Shown here: positions 20,683-29,941 of the stretch, in pieces
Position numbering within the stretch: position 1 is the stretch's first letter
Layout of the letters: the number at the start of each line of letters is the position of its first letter
IMG/VR virus record: IMGVR_UViG_3300010163_000007
Span: 69,340-133,339 of that record
DNA from: a virus
Lineage: Duplodnaviria > Caudoviricetes
Length of the DNA: 64,000 nucleotides
Strand: one strand, 5' to 3'
The notes under the pieces: generated by a model
What the model was told of the DNA's origin: nothing
Seen by the model: only the letters and a program-made list of their open reading frames with translations
Databases searched by the model: none
Program-made: the position numbers and the translations under genes

Positions 20683-21990
20683 ATGCCTATGGCCAGAAAG
20701 TACGATGCTGACTCAATTATCGTACTGGAGAATGACCGAGAACGAATAAGGCAGTCCCCAAGTATGTATGTGCCGGATATCTATAAGAACGGCGCAATCC
20801 ACATCATATTCGAGGTTGTGGATAACTCGATTGATGAGTTAGCAGTTAAGGAAGCTGTCGGTAGTCATATCGAGGTAACATTTGATAAGAAGACGAAGGA
20901 GGTCAGTGTTGCAGATGATGGATCTGGCGTGCCGCTGGAGAAACTCTTTGACGTACTGACCAAGCTTGCCGCGTCGGGCAAGTTCAACAATGGAGAGGAT
21001 TCAGCATATCTCACTTCCGCCGGAAGATGGGGCCATGGTCTAAAGACCGCTACCTATCTTTCTACCTCATTTGAGTTCACCTCAATGCGGGAAGGGAAGA
21101 GCCTTAGATATGAGTTCAAGGATGGCCTTAAGACGGACGAGAAGAAAGGGAAGTCAAGTAAACACGGAACCTATTGTAAGTTCATAATTGATCCGAAGAT
21201 TATTGACACCAGAGAGGTTACGGCTAAGGACATTCAGATTCGGATGGAGGAGAAATCGTATCTGTATCCCAATATACACCTTACACTCACAGTGTTCGAG
21301 GATGGGAAGCAGGTAAAGGTCTACAAGTATGGTGGCAAAGACATCATGGATAGACTAGAGCAATGGGAGCCCGATACTCCTCCCGTCCGAGTTACCGAGA
21401 AACGTAAGGTGACGTATCTCAAAGGTATCACGGACGACGAACTGACTACAGAAACCGTGGATATCGATATCGCATTCGCATTCAAGGAAGCTGTTCTTGA
21501 CACTGAGAATCGCGACGACTATCTGATAAGCTATGCGAATGGTGCAAAGACATATGCTGGCGGCACACATAACGATGGGCTAAAGCTGGGTATTCAGCGC
21601 TACTTTAAAGAGGTGGCGATTCCCAAGCTGAAGAATAAGGATAAGGATCTCCCTATTATGCCCTCCGATATGATCGCAGGTCTATGCGCCTTTGTAACGG
21701 TTCGTGTAGTATCTCCCATCTATATGGGGCAGGAGAAGTCACAGTTCTCTAATCAGGAAGTCAAGTTCGCAGTTCGTGATGCTGTGTTTGACGCGTTATG
21801 CGATGAGAAGTCCAGTACCACAAATCTTATGATGGATTTTATCAAACGTGTAACGAGAGGACGGATGGCTTCCAAGAAGACGCGCAAAAAGAATGTCCAA
21901 AACGCGTTTTCGAAGGACCGTCCCGAGAAGTATCAAGGGATTGTGGAAAATCTGAAGACCACACATCCTGAGCTCATACTTGTGGAGGGT
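20683..21990 (+). CDS. gyrB: Type IIA topoisomerase/gyrase B subunit, exon 1 (GHKL ATPase and transducer)
   Basis: EVVDNSIDE, VADDGSGVP, SGKF, GRWGHG, GGTH, GQEK; ends at ...LILVEG. Confidence 0.92.
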
Positions 21991-22289
21991 TAGGAGCTTA
22001 TATGCGAATTGCCCTTATCTACTTTACCCAATGACCATGGGGGTTATCCTATTTAAGGATAGCTAACGAGGGTATGCTATATAGTAGCGGCACTATATAT
22101 GCAGGTCTCGTGGGAAAACGACTAGCTAATGCGTAGGTGCTAGTTGTAAGCCTGTACAGACTATCCCCGTTGCTGGGGAGTAGGGACACTATTGGTACGT
22201 GTCAGGGTTCTAGGAAACGAAGCCCTTGAGAACCGAAACGGTAGACTGAGCAATATTGCTCAGAAGAAATAGTCGAACTTAACAAGTTG
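21991..22289 (+). mobile_element. Group I self-splicing intron (299 nt, no ORF)
   Basis: Splits EG|DSA. Exon ends in U and intron ends in G. P1: GAGGGU pairs with GCCCUU (22011-16). P10: GAAUU (22006-10) pairs with GAUUC. P7: GACUA (22159-63) pairs with UAGUC (22270-74). Confidence 0.88.
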
Positions 22290-23360
22290 GATTCCGCCGC
22301 AGACAACGCAGCTACCGCAAGAGATCCACACAACCAGGCAATCTATGGTATTAGTCGTCCGGCGAATATCTTCGACATGGACAGCAGCCTTATTGAGCGT
22401 ATCAAGGGAACGTTTAATGATGTGCTGGACATCTGTGGCGTTAAACCGGGAGACAAGTGTGATCCCGCAGACTGTCGCGTGAAGCTGATACTGTTGCTGA
22501 CAGATGGAGACATAGATGGAGATGATATTGCAATCTCCACCGTTTGTTTCCTCGCTAAGCATTGTAAACCTCTAATCGATGCGGGAATGGTAGGACGTAT
22601 TCTTCCTCCGGCCTATTCAATCCCAATCGGAAATGGGAAACGCATATATGTGCGGTCTCAACGTGAGTTCTTTGGAGAGATCGTGAAGAGCTTCATCAAG
22701 CGGAACTCAGTAGGGTTCAGAGGGAAGACGATGGCTAAGCAAGAACTTCGCCAGTTCATTCAGAAGAACTTTGAGTACGATGTTCGTTTGAATTGGCTGG
22801 CTGATCGTCAGTGTTGCGATCCCCTGCTGATGGAGTATATCGCATGGTCCTACCATGGTCATGCGAAAGATCAGAAGAAGAGCTATTGGATGGAGAAGTT
22901 CAAAGGCAAGTATAAGGGCCTTAACGTCTTAATGGAGAACGGGCAACTGATAATCGATGGCGATCCATCTGGAATGGATCATGTGAACCTTGGATTCGAT
23001 GATTACTTCGATAAGCATCTACACAAGTTCAAGAAGTATCAATCGATAAACAGTGACATCTATGGGTTCTCTGTAAACGGCGAGAAGGATAAGACGCTAT
23101 ATGAAGTAATGAGTCTGGTCCGCAGCTATATACCAGAAGGCGTGAAACGCTATAAGGGACTAGGTGAGTTAAGCACAACGGAGATGAAGGAACTGTGTAT
23201 GGATGTAGACAAGCGCACAGTCGTCATTTTCAAGTTCGAAGACTTTGAGAAGGACATGGATAAGATCAATGTGATCATGTCTACCAAGAAGCAATACGTT
23301 GAAGCTAGAAAGAGGCTTCTGATGAATATGGTATCGGATCCTCTGGATATTGATACCTAA
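22290..23360 (+). CDS. gyrB: Type IIA topoisomerase/gyrase B subunit, exon 2 (TOPRIM)
   Basis: DSA...ARD, TDGDIDG, KRYKGLGEL; spliced product 792 aa. Confidence 0.9.
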   Translation, partial: DSAADNAATARDPHNQAIYGISRPANIFDMDSSLIERIKGTFNDVLDICGVKPGDKCDPADCRVKLILLLTDGDIDGDDIAISTVCFLAKHCKPLIDAGMVGRILPPAYSIPIGNGKRIYVRSQREFFGEIVKSFIKRNSVGFRGKTMAKQELRQFIQKNFEYDVRLNWLADRQCCDPLLMEYIAWSYHGHAKDQKKSYWMEKFKGKYKGLNVLMENGQLIIDGDPSGMDHVNLGFDDYFDKHLHKFKKYQSINSDIYGFSVNGEKDKTLYEVMSLVRSYIPEGVKRYKGLGELSTTEMKELCMDVDKRTVVIFKFEDFEKDMDKINVIMSTKKQYVEARKRLLMNMVSDPLDIDT

Positions 23361-23380
23361 TCTTACTGGAGGCGTGAATA

Positions 23381-24064
23381 ATGAAATATCCCGAGATCAC
23401 AATCGCCGGTCAGTGCGGACCAGTAGACGAGATGCTTAAGGCAGTCTTAAATCAAGATGTGATACCTGAGCCAGCGCATTTATATTCAACTGCGCCCTGG
23501 ATAGACCGCAATGGAGTCTCTCAGAATGTCAGAATACTATTCTCCTCGGCCACTCCTCCAGAGATAGATCTGTATCTGCAGAGCAGAATAACATGCCACT
23601 TCGATCGTCTTACTCAGAATACGATTGAGCTGATTGATAGGCTGATCAAAGAGGCAGTTGACGAGACAATCGATCCGAACACACTGCAACCCTCTGCGGT
23701 TAACGAATTGAATCTTACTGATGATGAAATTCGCATAGCTATTATTCACTACCTCAGCCTTCCGTATGTAGATATCTATCGCAGCCGCTGCCATAAACAA
23801 GAATACTATGGCGAGGTGTATCGCGAACCTATTATCCGGAATGGAGTTGATGTGGCAGGGCTTGAAATCACCTTGGGAAATAGTGTGGTTAAACAGCCAA
23901 TCGACATGATTCTTACCCGCGCTCCGGAAGGAGAAGTGGTTGCTGAGGTTCTCAGTCAGGTTGAGATGCTCCCTGTTTCATCAATCATCTGTAGCTATAA
24001 GAGTAACTATATGCTAAATGCCGCAGCTCGGGCAAATACTGCATGGCAATGGAAGATATCGTGA
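23381..24064 (+). CDS. Hypothetical protein
   Basis: GGAGG RBS, 227 aa. Confidence 0.7.
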   Translation: MKYPEITIAGQCGPVDEMLKAVLNQDVIPEPAHLYSTAPWIDRNGVSQNVRILFSSATPPEIDLYLQSRITCHFDRLTQNTIELIDRLIKEAVDETIDPNTLQPSAVNELNLTDDEIRIAIIHYLSLPYVDIYRSRCHKQEYYGEVYREPIIRNGVDVAGLEITLGNSVVKQPIDMILTRAPEGEVVAEVLSQVEMLPVSSIICSYKSNYMLNAAARANTAWQWKIS

Positions 24065-24101
24065 ATACTCGAGCAATATCAACCAATAAGAGGTGAACTA
24101 G

Positions 24102-24458
24102 ATGAAAACGGTTAAGATTCTTGAGCATAATCGAGTTGGAAATACGCTAGCCTCAGTTATACTCCGCATTCAGGATCCTGAGGAACGCAGGATGTATCGT
24201 GCATTCTTGGAGTCTGAGGTATTAGAATGTCCCAAATGCCATAACAAGTATACAGTAGGGGATTTTGAGGCGGACCTTCAAATTGATAGCCCGCTCGCTG
24301 CAAATCCGATATTGGCAATAGCGACCCCGGTTGCGCACTGCACGAATCCTGCCTGTAAAGCTCCGCTGAACTTATCAGTGCTGGATTATAGTGCATTTCC
24401 GTCGGTAGTAGAATTCCTGAAGAAGCTGCAGGCTAAGTATCAAGCAAAGTCAAGGTGA
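24102..24458 (+). CDS. Zn-ribbon protein
   Basis: CPKC and CTNPAC. Confidence 0.65.
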   Translation: MKTVKILEHNRVGNTLASVILRIQDPEERRMYRAFLESEVLECPKCHNKYTVGDFEADLQIDSPLAANPILAIATPVAHCTNPACKAPLNLSVLDYSAFPSVVEFLKKLQAKYQAKSR

Positions 24459-24465
24459 GATTCAT

Positions 24466-26994
24466 ATGGCTAAGGTTATGAAGCTTGAACCCATACCCGG
24501 CGGGAAGTTCGATCTTTGGCTCTCCCGTCGGAGTAAGCTCCCTAAAAACCCGGATGAACTTGTCGATGCGTTTGTAGACAAGTATGGCGTGGGTGCGGTT
24601 GTCAACATGGCTGAGATTGACATCGGCGACTATGTGTATCAGAAGGGTATTATCCATTCGCAAAATATGAACGTAGGCCGGGCCATACCATGGATTGAAG
24701 ACGGGCTCAAAGCAGTTGAGCGCCGAATTCTCTATATTATGTGGCGGGCCAAATTGTACAACGGTAAATTCGATAAGGTCGCTGGCGTAGCTGGTGATAT
24801 GGTGAAGGACGTCCATCCTCATGGCGAAATGTCTGCTGCAGACACCGTATACCGGCTTGGACGTTCGCGGTCAATGATGCTGCCCTATATCATTCCCGAT
24901 GGGAACTATGGTAATATGGACACGATGCGTCCAGCATCTCCTCGTTATGCATCCGCATCATTGTCCAAGTATGCGATGGACTGTTTCTTCAGTGAGATTG
25001 GAGCAAAGCGGCCTATCTACGATGAGAAGGACAACTACAAGTATTCGGCTAAGGAACCTATGTTCTTGACCTCCAAGTATCCGAACATGCTTCTGCAATG
25101 GAATCAGGGTATTGGCAAGGGAGCATCATCCTATCTGGGTGGATTTAACTCTAAGGATCTGTTCAAGGTAGCGATTAAGATGTTGGATGATCCTGAATGT
25201 AAGGTAGACATCTATCCGGATGTCCCGGTGCCAGTCGATATTGTAAACAAGTCCGACCTCAAAGGATGTTTTGATAAGCATAACTTTAAAGTTCGAATGA
25301 GAGCTCGCTACAAGATTGTAGATGACAAGAAGTATGACGAGCATGGCAGAATTGTAGATAAATACACGATCGTGTTTACCAGTCTTCCCCTTACGGTCAC
25401 TGGTCAGACTATCGTGCATGAGATTAAGGCGATCAAGGCAGCGGACGAGGGCCGGGCAAATAAAAAGCTTCCAGAGATTATTTCGATGGAACCGGCCGCT
25501 ACTGATGACACCCCTGGAGGAATCGATTTCTATATCGAGTACGAGAAGGGCTATGATCCAGAAGCATTGGTAGAGAAGCTGTACACCATGACCAGTCTGG
25601 AAAAAACGCTAGGGGTGCAGTATGCGCTGATTAGCGACTATAAGCCGGATCTATACACGCCAAGAGATATCATGAAGACTTGGATCATGTACAGATTCGA
25701 TCAGAAACGCCGCTATTGTCATCAGTTAGTGTTGAAGTACGCCAAAGATCGCGCTCGGTTGGATGCAATCTGTAGGATCCTGGAATCCAAGGATGTTACA
25801 GATAAAGCAATTGCGATTATCAGGAACTCTAAAAATGATCAGGATACGACTGCCGCGCTTATGAAAGCGTTCAACTTCTCGGAGTTTCAGGCAGTATCAG
25901 TTATGCGAATTCAGCTTAAAACTCTGTCCAAGATGAACATTGAGGATGTTAAGGCAGAGCGAGACTTTGCACATGCAGAGTATAAACGCTATCGAAAGAT
26001 TCTCACAGAAGATTCGGCAATCAAGAGTGCCATTCGTGAGGATCTGGAGGACGGTCTGAAGAAATATGGAAAAGACAGAATCTCTGCTGTCATAAACCTG
26101 AAGGACAAGGGGTTGGGCTCACCTGATGAAGTCAAGACTATTGTCTACAACTCCGACATGTACTACGCAGTCACTGATACAGATGATCTCAAACGACTGA
26201 AAAACGTAGCAGGAAAAGACTGTAAGGTTGTACAGCTGAAGAATACAGATCGGGTCATGATTATATCCACAAATGGTTCCAATAAGATCCTGGACGGATT
26301 CGCATTCAGTACTACAACTGCCGGGATCTCAACTGAGCGGTTTGGAATCGGGAAACTATTAAGTGTGATTCCGATCACGGACAGTTTCGATGGTGTTATG
26401 CTAGTGACATCCAGCGGATACGGAAAGCTGCTTGGCGCTCAGGATGCTTCGAAGTCAACAAAGTCGAAGCTTATGGTTATCCCAGCAGGGGATCACCTGA
26501 TAGCCGCGATTCCGATTATCGATCTGGATCCTGAGCAAACTGTTGCGATGTGGTCAGAGAATGACGTATATTGCGTAAAGCTTGCAGACTTCCCGTTCTT
26601 AAAACGGTTAGCTGCAGGCAATCGTATCTTGAAGTTTGATGTCGATACTCTGGTTGGTGCAGCAATTCTTCCGAAATACGACAGTCATATGATTGTGTGG
26701 GGAGATTATGGATATGCGAAAGCGATACCGCTATCAGCGCTTAGCTATAAACGTAAACGGCCCCAAGCAATCAGAATGGAAGGCAAGTCGATTCGCGCTA
26801 TTACTTCAGTGCGTAACGACACTAAGTTGAATCTATACTGTTGGGAAGGAAAACTTCCTGTTACAGTAAAGATTGATAAATTTATTACTATTAGTATAAA
26901 GGGAGGCGATATTAGATTCAAACCGGGGACATCAATCAGTACTCCCGTTAAAGTCCTGAAAATTGCGCACAACGAGTATTACCAATTCCTCTAA
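24466..26994 (+). CDS. gyrA: Type IIA topoisomerase/gyrase A subunit with beta-pinwheel-like C-terminal domain
   Basis: RAIP..EDGLKAVERRILY, HPHGE, GNYG, ASPRY (catalytic Tyr), FSEFQA. Confidence 0.92.
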   Translation: MAKVMKLEPIPGGKFDLWLSRRSKLPKNPDELVDAFVDKYGVGAVVNMAEIDIGDYVYQKGIIHSQNMNVGRAIPWIEDGLKAVERRILYIMWRAKLYNGKFDKVAGVAGDMVKDVHPHGEMSAADTVYRLGRSRSMMLPYIIPDGNYGNMDTMRPASPRYASASLSKYAMDCFFSEIGAKRPIYDEKDNYKYSAKEPMFLTSKYPNMLLQWNQGIGKGASSYLGGFNSKDLFKVAIKMLDDPECKVDIYPDVPVPVDIVNKSDLKGCFDKHNFKVRMRARYKIVDDKKYDEHGRIVDKYTIVFTSLPLTVTGQTIVHEIKAIKAADEGRANKKLPEIISMEPAATDDTPGGIDFYIEYEKGYDPEALVEKLYTMTSLEKTLGVQYALISDYKPDLYTPRDIMKTWIMYRFDQKRRYCHQLVLKYAKDRARLDAICRILESKDVTDKAIAIIRNSKNDQDTTAALMKAFNFSEFQAVSVMRIQLKTLSKMNIEDVKAERDFAHAEYKRYRKILTEDSAIKSAIREDLEDGLKKYGKDRISAVINLKDKGLGSPDEVKTIVYNSDMYYAVTDTDDLKRLKNVAGKDCKVVQLKNTDRVMIISTNGSNKILDGFAFSTTTAGISTERFGIGKLLSVIPITDSFDGVMLVTSSGYGKLLGAQDASKSTKSKLMVIPAGDHLIAAIPIIDLDPEQTVAMWSENDVYCVKLADFPFLKRLAAGNRILKFDVDTLVGAAILPKYDSHMIVWGDYGYAKAIPLSALSYKRKRPQAIRMEGKSIRAITSVRNDTKLNLYCWEGKLPVTVKIDKFITISIKGGDIRFKPGTSISTPVKVLKIAHNEYYQFL

Positions 26995-27049
26995 CTATGC
27001 GAATAGAGGCGGGTGGAAGCCCGCCTCTACAATGAAAGGAGAATGACAA

Positions 27050-27730
27050 ATGTTAATCATCTTCTCTTGCGGAGCTCCCTGCTCTGGCCGCACTACGACT
27101 GCAACTGACCTGGTGGAGTACTTCTCTAAGCACGCTCGTACTAGGCTGATCAAGAAGAGCGAGGGGACGTTCGATCCGACAGCTGTCAACTACCAGCTGT
27201 ATCGGGAAGTGGCTAAGAAGACCGCGGAAGTCATCATCATCGACGGCGTCGCCTATGATCACTTTGATCGAGACGATATGCTGCGCACCATATATGATGC
27301 TCCCGGCATGGAGGATATCAAGCCTGCGTCTGCCGACAGCGACGGACCTACCCTCAAGCTTGTTGCAATCAACCATGCTCGGAACGATGGGTTTATCTTC
27401 GCACATAACAACGATGTGGGCCACCGGAAGTATGAACTTCCCAATATGCGCCGGCTGATCTCCAGATACCAGCAGCCGGTTCTCCGTGAAGGCTTCGATA
27501 TGATCTATCAGGTACGAGGAGATCGTTATCTGAAAGTATGCGACTTCGTCGATATGCTCAACCGCCGGCTGGGCTACACATATCCCGTGGAACGCCCTGA
27601 TGACGCCGAGGCAACTGAGTTAGAGAAGATCCCTAACGACGAGAAGAACGACAACGATGAGCAGCCTTCCCTGGACGAGAAGCAGGAAACAACCGCCGAT
27701 GATCTGGTGCCTGAGGAAGGGAACGTTTAA
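27050..27730 (+). CDS. P-loop kinase-like (AAA_33/polynucleotide kinase-like) protein, divergent
   Basis: IIFSCGAPCSGRTT, VIIID, YQQPVLREGFD. Confidence 0.6.
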   Translation: MLIIFSCGAPCSGRTTTATDLVEYFSKHARTRLIKKSEGTFDPTAVNYQLYREVAKKTAEVIIIDGVAYDHFDRDDMLRTIYDAPGMEDIKPASADSDGPTLKLVAINHARNDGFIFAHNNDVGHRKYELPNMRRLISRYQQPVLREGFDMIYQVRGDRYLKVCDFVDMLNRRLGYTYPVERPDDAEATELEKIPNDEKNDNDEQPSLDEKQETTADDLVPEEGNV

Positions 27731-27741
27731 GGAGGAATTTC

Positions 27742-28407
27742 GTGATGGCAGACAATCTACAGGCTAATTCTGTTGATAGTGAGAAGACTTCTGTCTTCAC
27801 CGGCAAGGACGATATATCTGATGGATATCACACGTTTGGCGAGTTATATGCACATCGAACCGCGCTATTTGCCGCTTTATGCAATGATCACCTGGTGTAT
27901 GCCTGGAAATCCAGGAAGCATTCAGACGGAACTATGTACGATGGAATGTTCATCGCTGGCATCTACACCCCGGCGGGCGACATTTCCTATCATTGTGAAA
28001 GCACATACTGGAGCTGGTTTAGCAATGTTCGGGAATTGGACACCGCGCCGAAGTTCAGTGGGTATACCCCCGATGACGTAGTTCACCGGGTGATAGCCGC
28101 ATATGCACAACCAGTTATATATAACCGGCGATATGATAGCCTTACGTTTAGCGAGGCCGTACGGTGTGCGAAGAATTCCATGTCTGTGTCGAGGAACAGC
28201 TGGATGGAAGATGAGGAAGAGAATGAGCCGATTAGGCGATTAATCACGGTGGTCGAGTCGGCGCATGCTACCACACCGTTCCTGCTAATTGAGTCACAGG
28301 GCTCCAAGCTGAGAGCAGTAAAGGGATGGCATCCAATGGTAGAGGACATCCTGGCTACAGACTGGTTTGTGATCGATAGCACCGAACACATCGACATATC
28401 GTTATGA
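27742..28407 (+). CDS. WDGH-like domain fused to DUF2829 (Tad2-like) domain
   Basis: N-terminal SDGYHTFGELYAHR..LF, AWKSRKHSDG, ISYH; C-terminal LTFSEAV...VSRNSW...GWHP..EDILATDW. Confidence 0.7.
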   Translation: MMADNLQANSVDSEKTSVFTGKDDISDGYHTFGELYAHRTALFAALCNDHLVYAWKSRKHSDGTMYDGMFIAGIYTPAGDISYHCESTYWSWFSNVRELDTAPKFSGYTPDDVVHRVIAAYAQPVIYNRRYDSLTFSEAVRCAKNSMSVSRNSWMEDEEENEPIRRLITVVESAHATTPFLLIESQGSKLRAVKGWHPMVEDILATDWFVIDSTEHIDISL

Positions 28408-28460
28408 TAAGGTGGGAGAGCCAAACGGCTCTCCCACCTTCTTGTTTCGGAGGAAATACT

Positions 28461-28847
28461 ATGGGGCGAAAAACGTTGACATACCCGTTGGATCGGGTAA
28501 GACATTCAAAGGAATCGCGTCCTCAGAAAAAATCATTTCTCCCGCTCGACGGTTATGCACTAGGTCTCGAAGTTGATTGGGAGCACGAAGAACTCCGTTA
28601 TTTCTTGTATAAGGACAAACGCCGGAATACCTATTCTGAGTCCGACTGGGTTGGATTTTACGCCGGCGAAAAGGCACTCAGAAAACCTCTCTATGATCTG
28701 GTGGCTAAGTATTATACAGAAGTAGGGAGAGCCGGCCTGTTGGATTATACGAAAATGGAACTAAACATACCAGTCGGCCATCTGCATTACCATATTTGGG
28801 CGGGCACCTTGCAACGCGTACTGCAGAAGGAAGTTATCTACAATTAA
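28461..28847 (+). CDS. Hypothetical protein
   Basis: GGAGG RBS; start reassigned to MGRK. Confidence 0.65.
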   Translation: MGRKTLTYPLDRVRHSKESRPQKKSFLPLDGYALGLEVDWEHEELRYFLYKDKRRNTYSESDWVGFYAGEKALRKPLYDLVAKYYTEVGRAGLLDYTKMELNIPVGHLHYHIWAGTLQRVLQKEVIYN

Positions 28848-28848
28848 C

Positions 28849-28880
28849 AAAAACAGGGCCCAATGGGCCCTGTTTATTTT
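28849..28880. terminator. Bidirectional terminator
   Basis: AAAAACAGGGCCC-AAT-GGGCCCTGTTTATTTT. Confidence 0.8.
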
Positions 28881-28981
28881 TCCGATTTTGCGGCTATATC
28901 AAGTATATATTATAATAGTGAAGGAGCAGAGGGTGCCACATACTCTCTGCTCCTTTAGTTCACTTGAGGGAGGTGATAACC

Positions 28982-29143
28982 TTGAGTGTGCAACGCATTG
29001 ATCAGCGCCAGCTTGACGCTGATCGTGTCCTGTTGGCCCGACTCGCTTGGGCCAAGAACCGGCCGCCTAGGAAACGGCCAGCTGCTGGCTATACTGGCCA
29101 GCGGGAGTTAGCGATGGCCCGCTTGAATGCCGGCCGGAAGTAA
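28982..29143 (+). CDS. Small basic peptide (53 aa) embedded in a hairpin-rich leader
   Basis: GGGAGGTG RBS then TTG; MSVQRIDQRQLDADRVLLARLAWAKNRPPRKRPAAGYTGQRELAMARLNAGRK*; below the ORF-track cutoff. Confidence 0.5.
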   Translation: MSVQRIDQRQLDADRVLLARLAWAKNRPPRKRPAAGYTGQRELAMARLNAGRK

Positions 29144-29259
29144 CTCCATGTCCAGGGGCACTCAGGTGAATTGAGTGCCCTTGGCACCACATCCCTCTAT
29201 ACGAATGTTACGAGGGATAAATTTAAACAGCCCCAATGGGGCGGAAAGAAGGAAGAAAA

Positions 29260-29514
29260 ATGGAGAACACGAACAAGAACGAGAACCTGGAGCTCGCAGC
29301 CTTTGAGCGCATCAGCGCTCATCTTGACCTCCTGGCCAAGCGCGCTAGGCGCGACTTGACCAGAGAGTCTCTCCGCGCAGCGGCTGCGCAGAAGGAAGGC
29401 GACTTTGTCGCCTGTGCGGTGGCGCGTCAACGCGTCGCCGAGTGGAAGCGACGGCTCGAGGTCATCGGCCGCTTCCAAGATGAGGCGGCCGATGCCATCG
29501 AAAGGAGGCGGTAA
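29260..29514 (+). CDS. Hypothetical helical early protein
   Basis: 84 aa, purine-rich RBS. Confidence 0.6.
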   Translation: MENTNKNENLELAAFERISAHLDLLAKRARRDLTRESLRAAAAQKEGDFVACAVARQRVAEWKRRLEVIGRFQDEAADAIERRR

Positions 29515-29518
29515 ACCC

Positions 29519-29875
29519 ATGGCCGCCTCCTGGGTTGTGCCCGGAATGGGTGACCGCATCCGCAAGATACGGGAAGCCCAAGGGTACACCCGAGAACAGC
29601 TAGCAGAGCTCTGCGATTTGAGCCCGAGGTTTCTTGCCAACGTTGAGTTAGGTGAGAGTAATCTTGGGCTCAAGCCGCTAATTAGATTCTGCGAGGAGAT
29701 GGTCGCCCCCGCAGACTACATACTCATGGATCGCGACCCATTGGTACAGGACGATGTCTGGGCTCCTACAATTAATATGCTCAGGCATTTAAATCCGGAG
29801 TATCAAGCGTACATTGATCGGATGATCCTCGACATGGTTCGCTACATGAATCATGTCAAGATGTCCGATCAATAA
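29519..29875 (+). CDS. XRE-family helix-turn-helix regulator
   Basis: GDRIRKIREAQGYTREQLAELCDLSPRFLANVELG...ADYIL; AAGGAGG RBS. Confidence 0.9.
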   Translation: MAASWVVPGMGDRIRKIREAQGYTREQLAELCDLSPRFLANVELGESNLGLKPLIRFCEEMVAPADYILMDRDPLVQDDVWAPTINMLRHLNPEYQAYIDRMILDMVRYMNHVKMSDQ

Positions 29876-29941
29876 ACAGAAAGGGCTCTCCCGGGCCCTT
29901 TCTTTTTTCTGGAACAATCTTATATTAAGGTGGTGATAACG

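Noticed and set aside
21991-21993. TAG after LILVEG as evidence of stop-codon recoding or a pseudogene
   Set aside because: The TAG is the first three bases of the intron; other genes end normally in TAG and the long ORFs are intact under code 11.
29519-29875. XRE gene as a prophage repressor (lysogeny)
   Set aside because: No integrase, att site or host genes in the window; a lytic-type jumbo-phage gene set.
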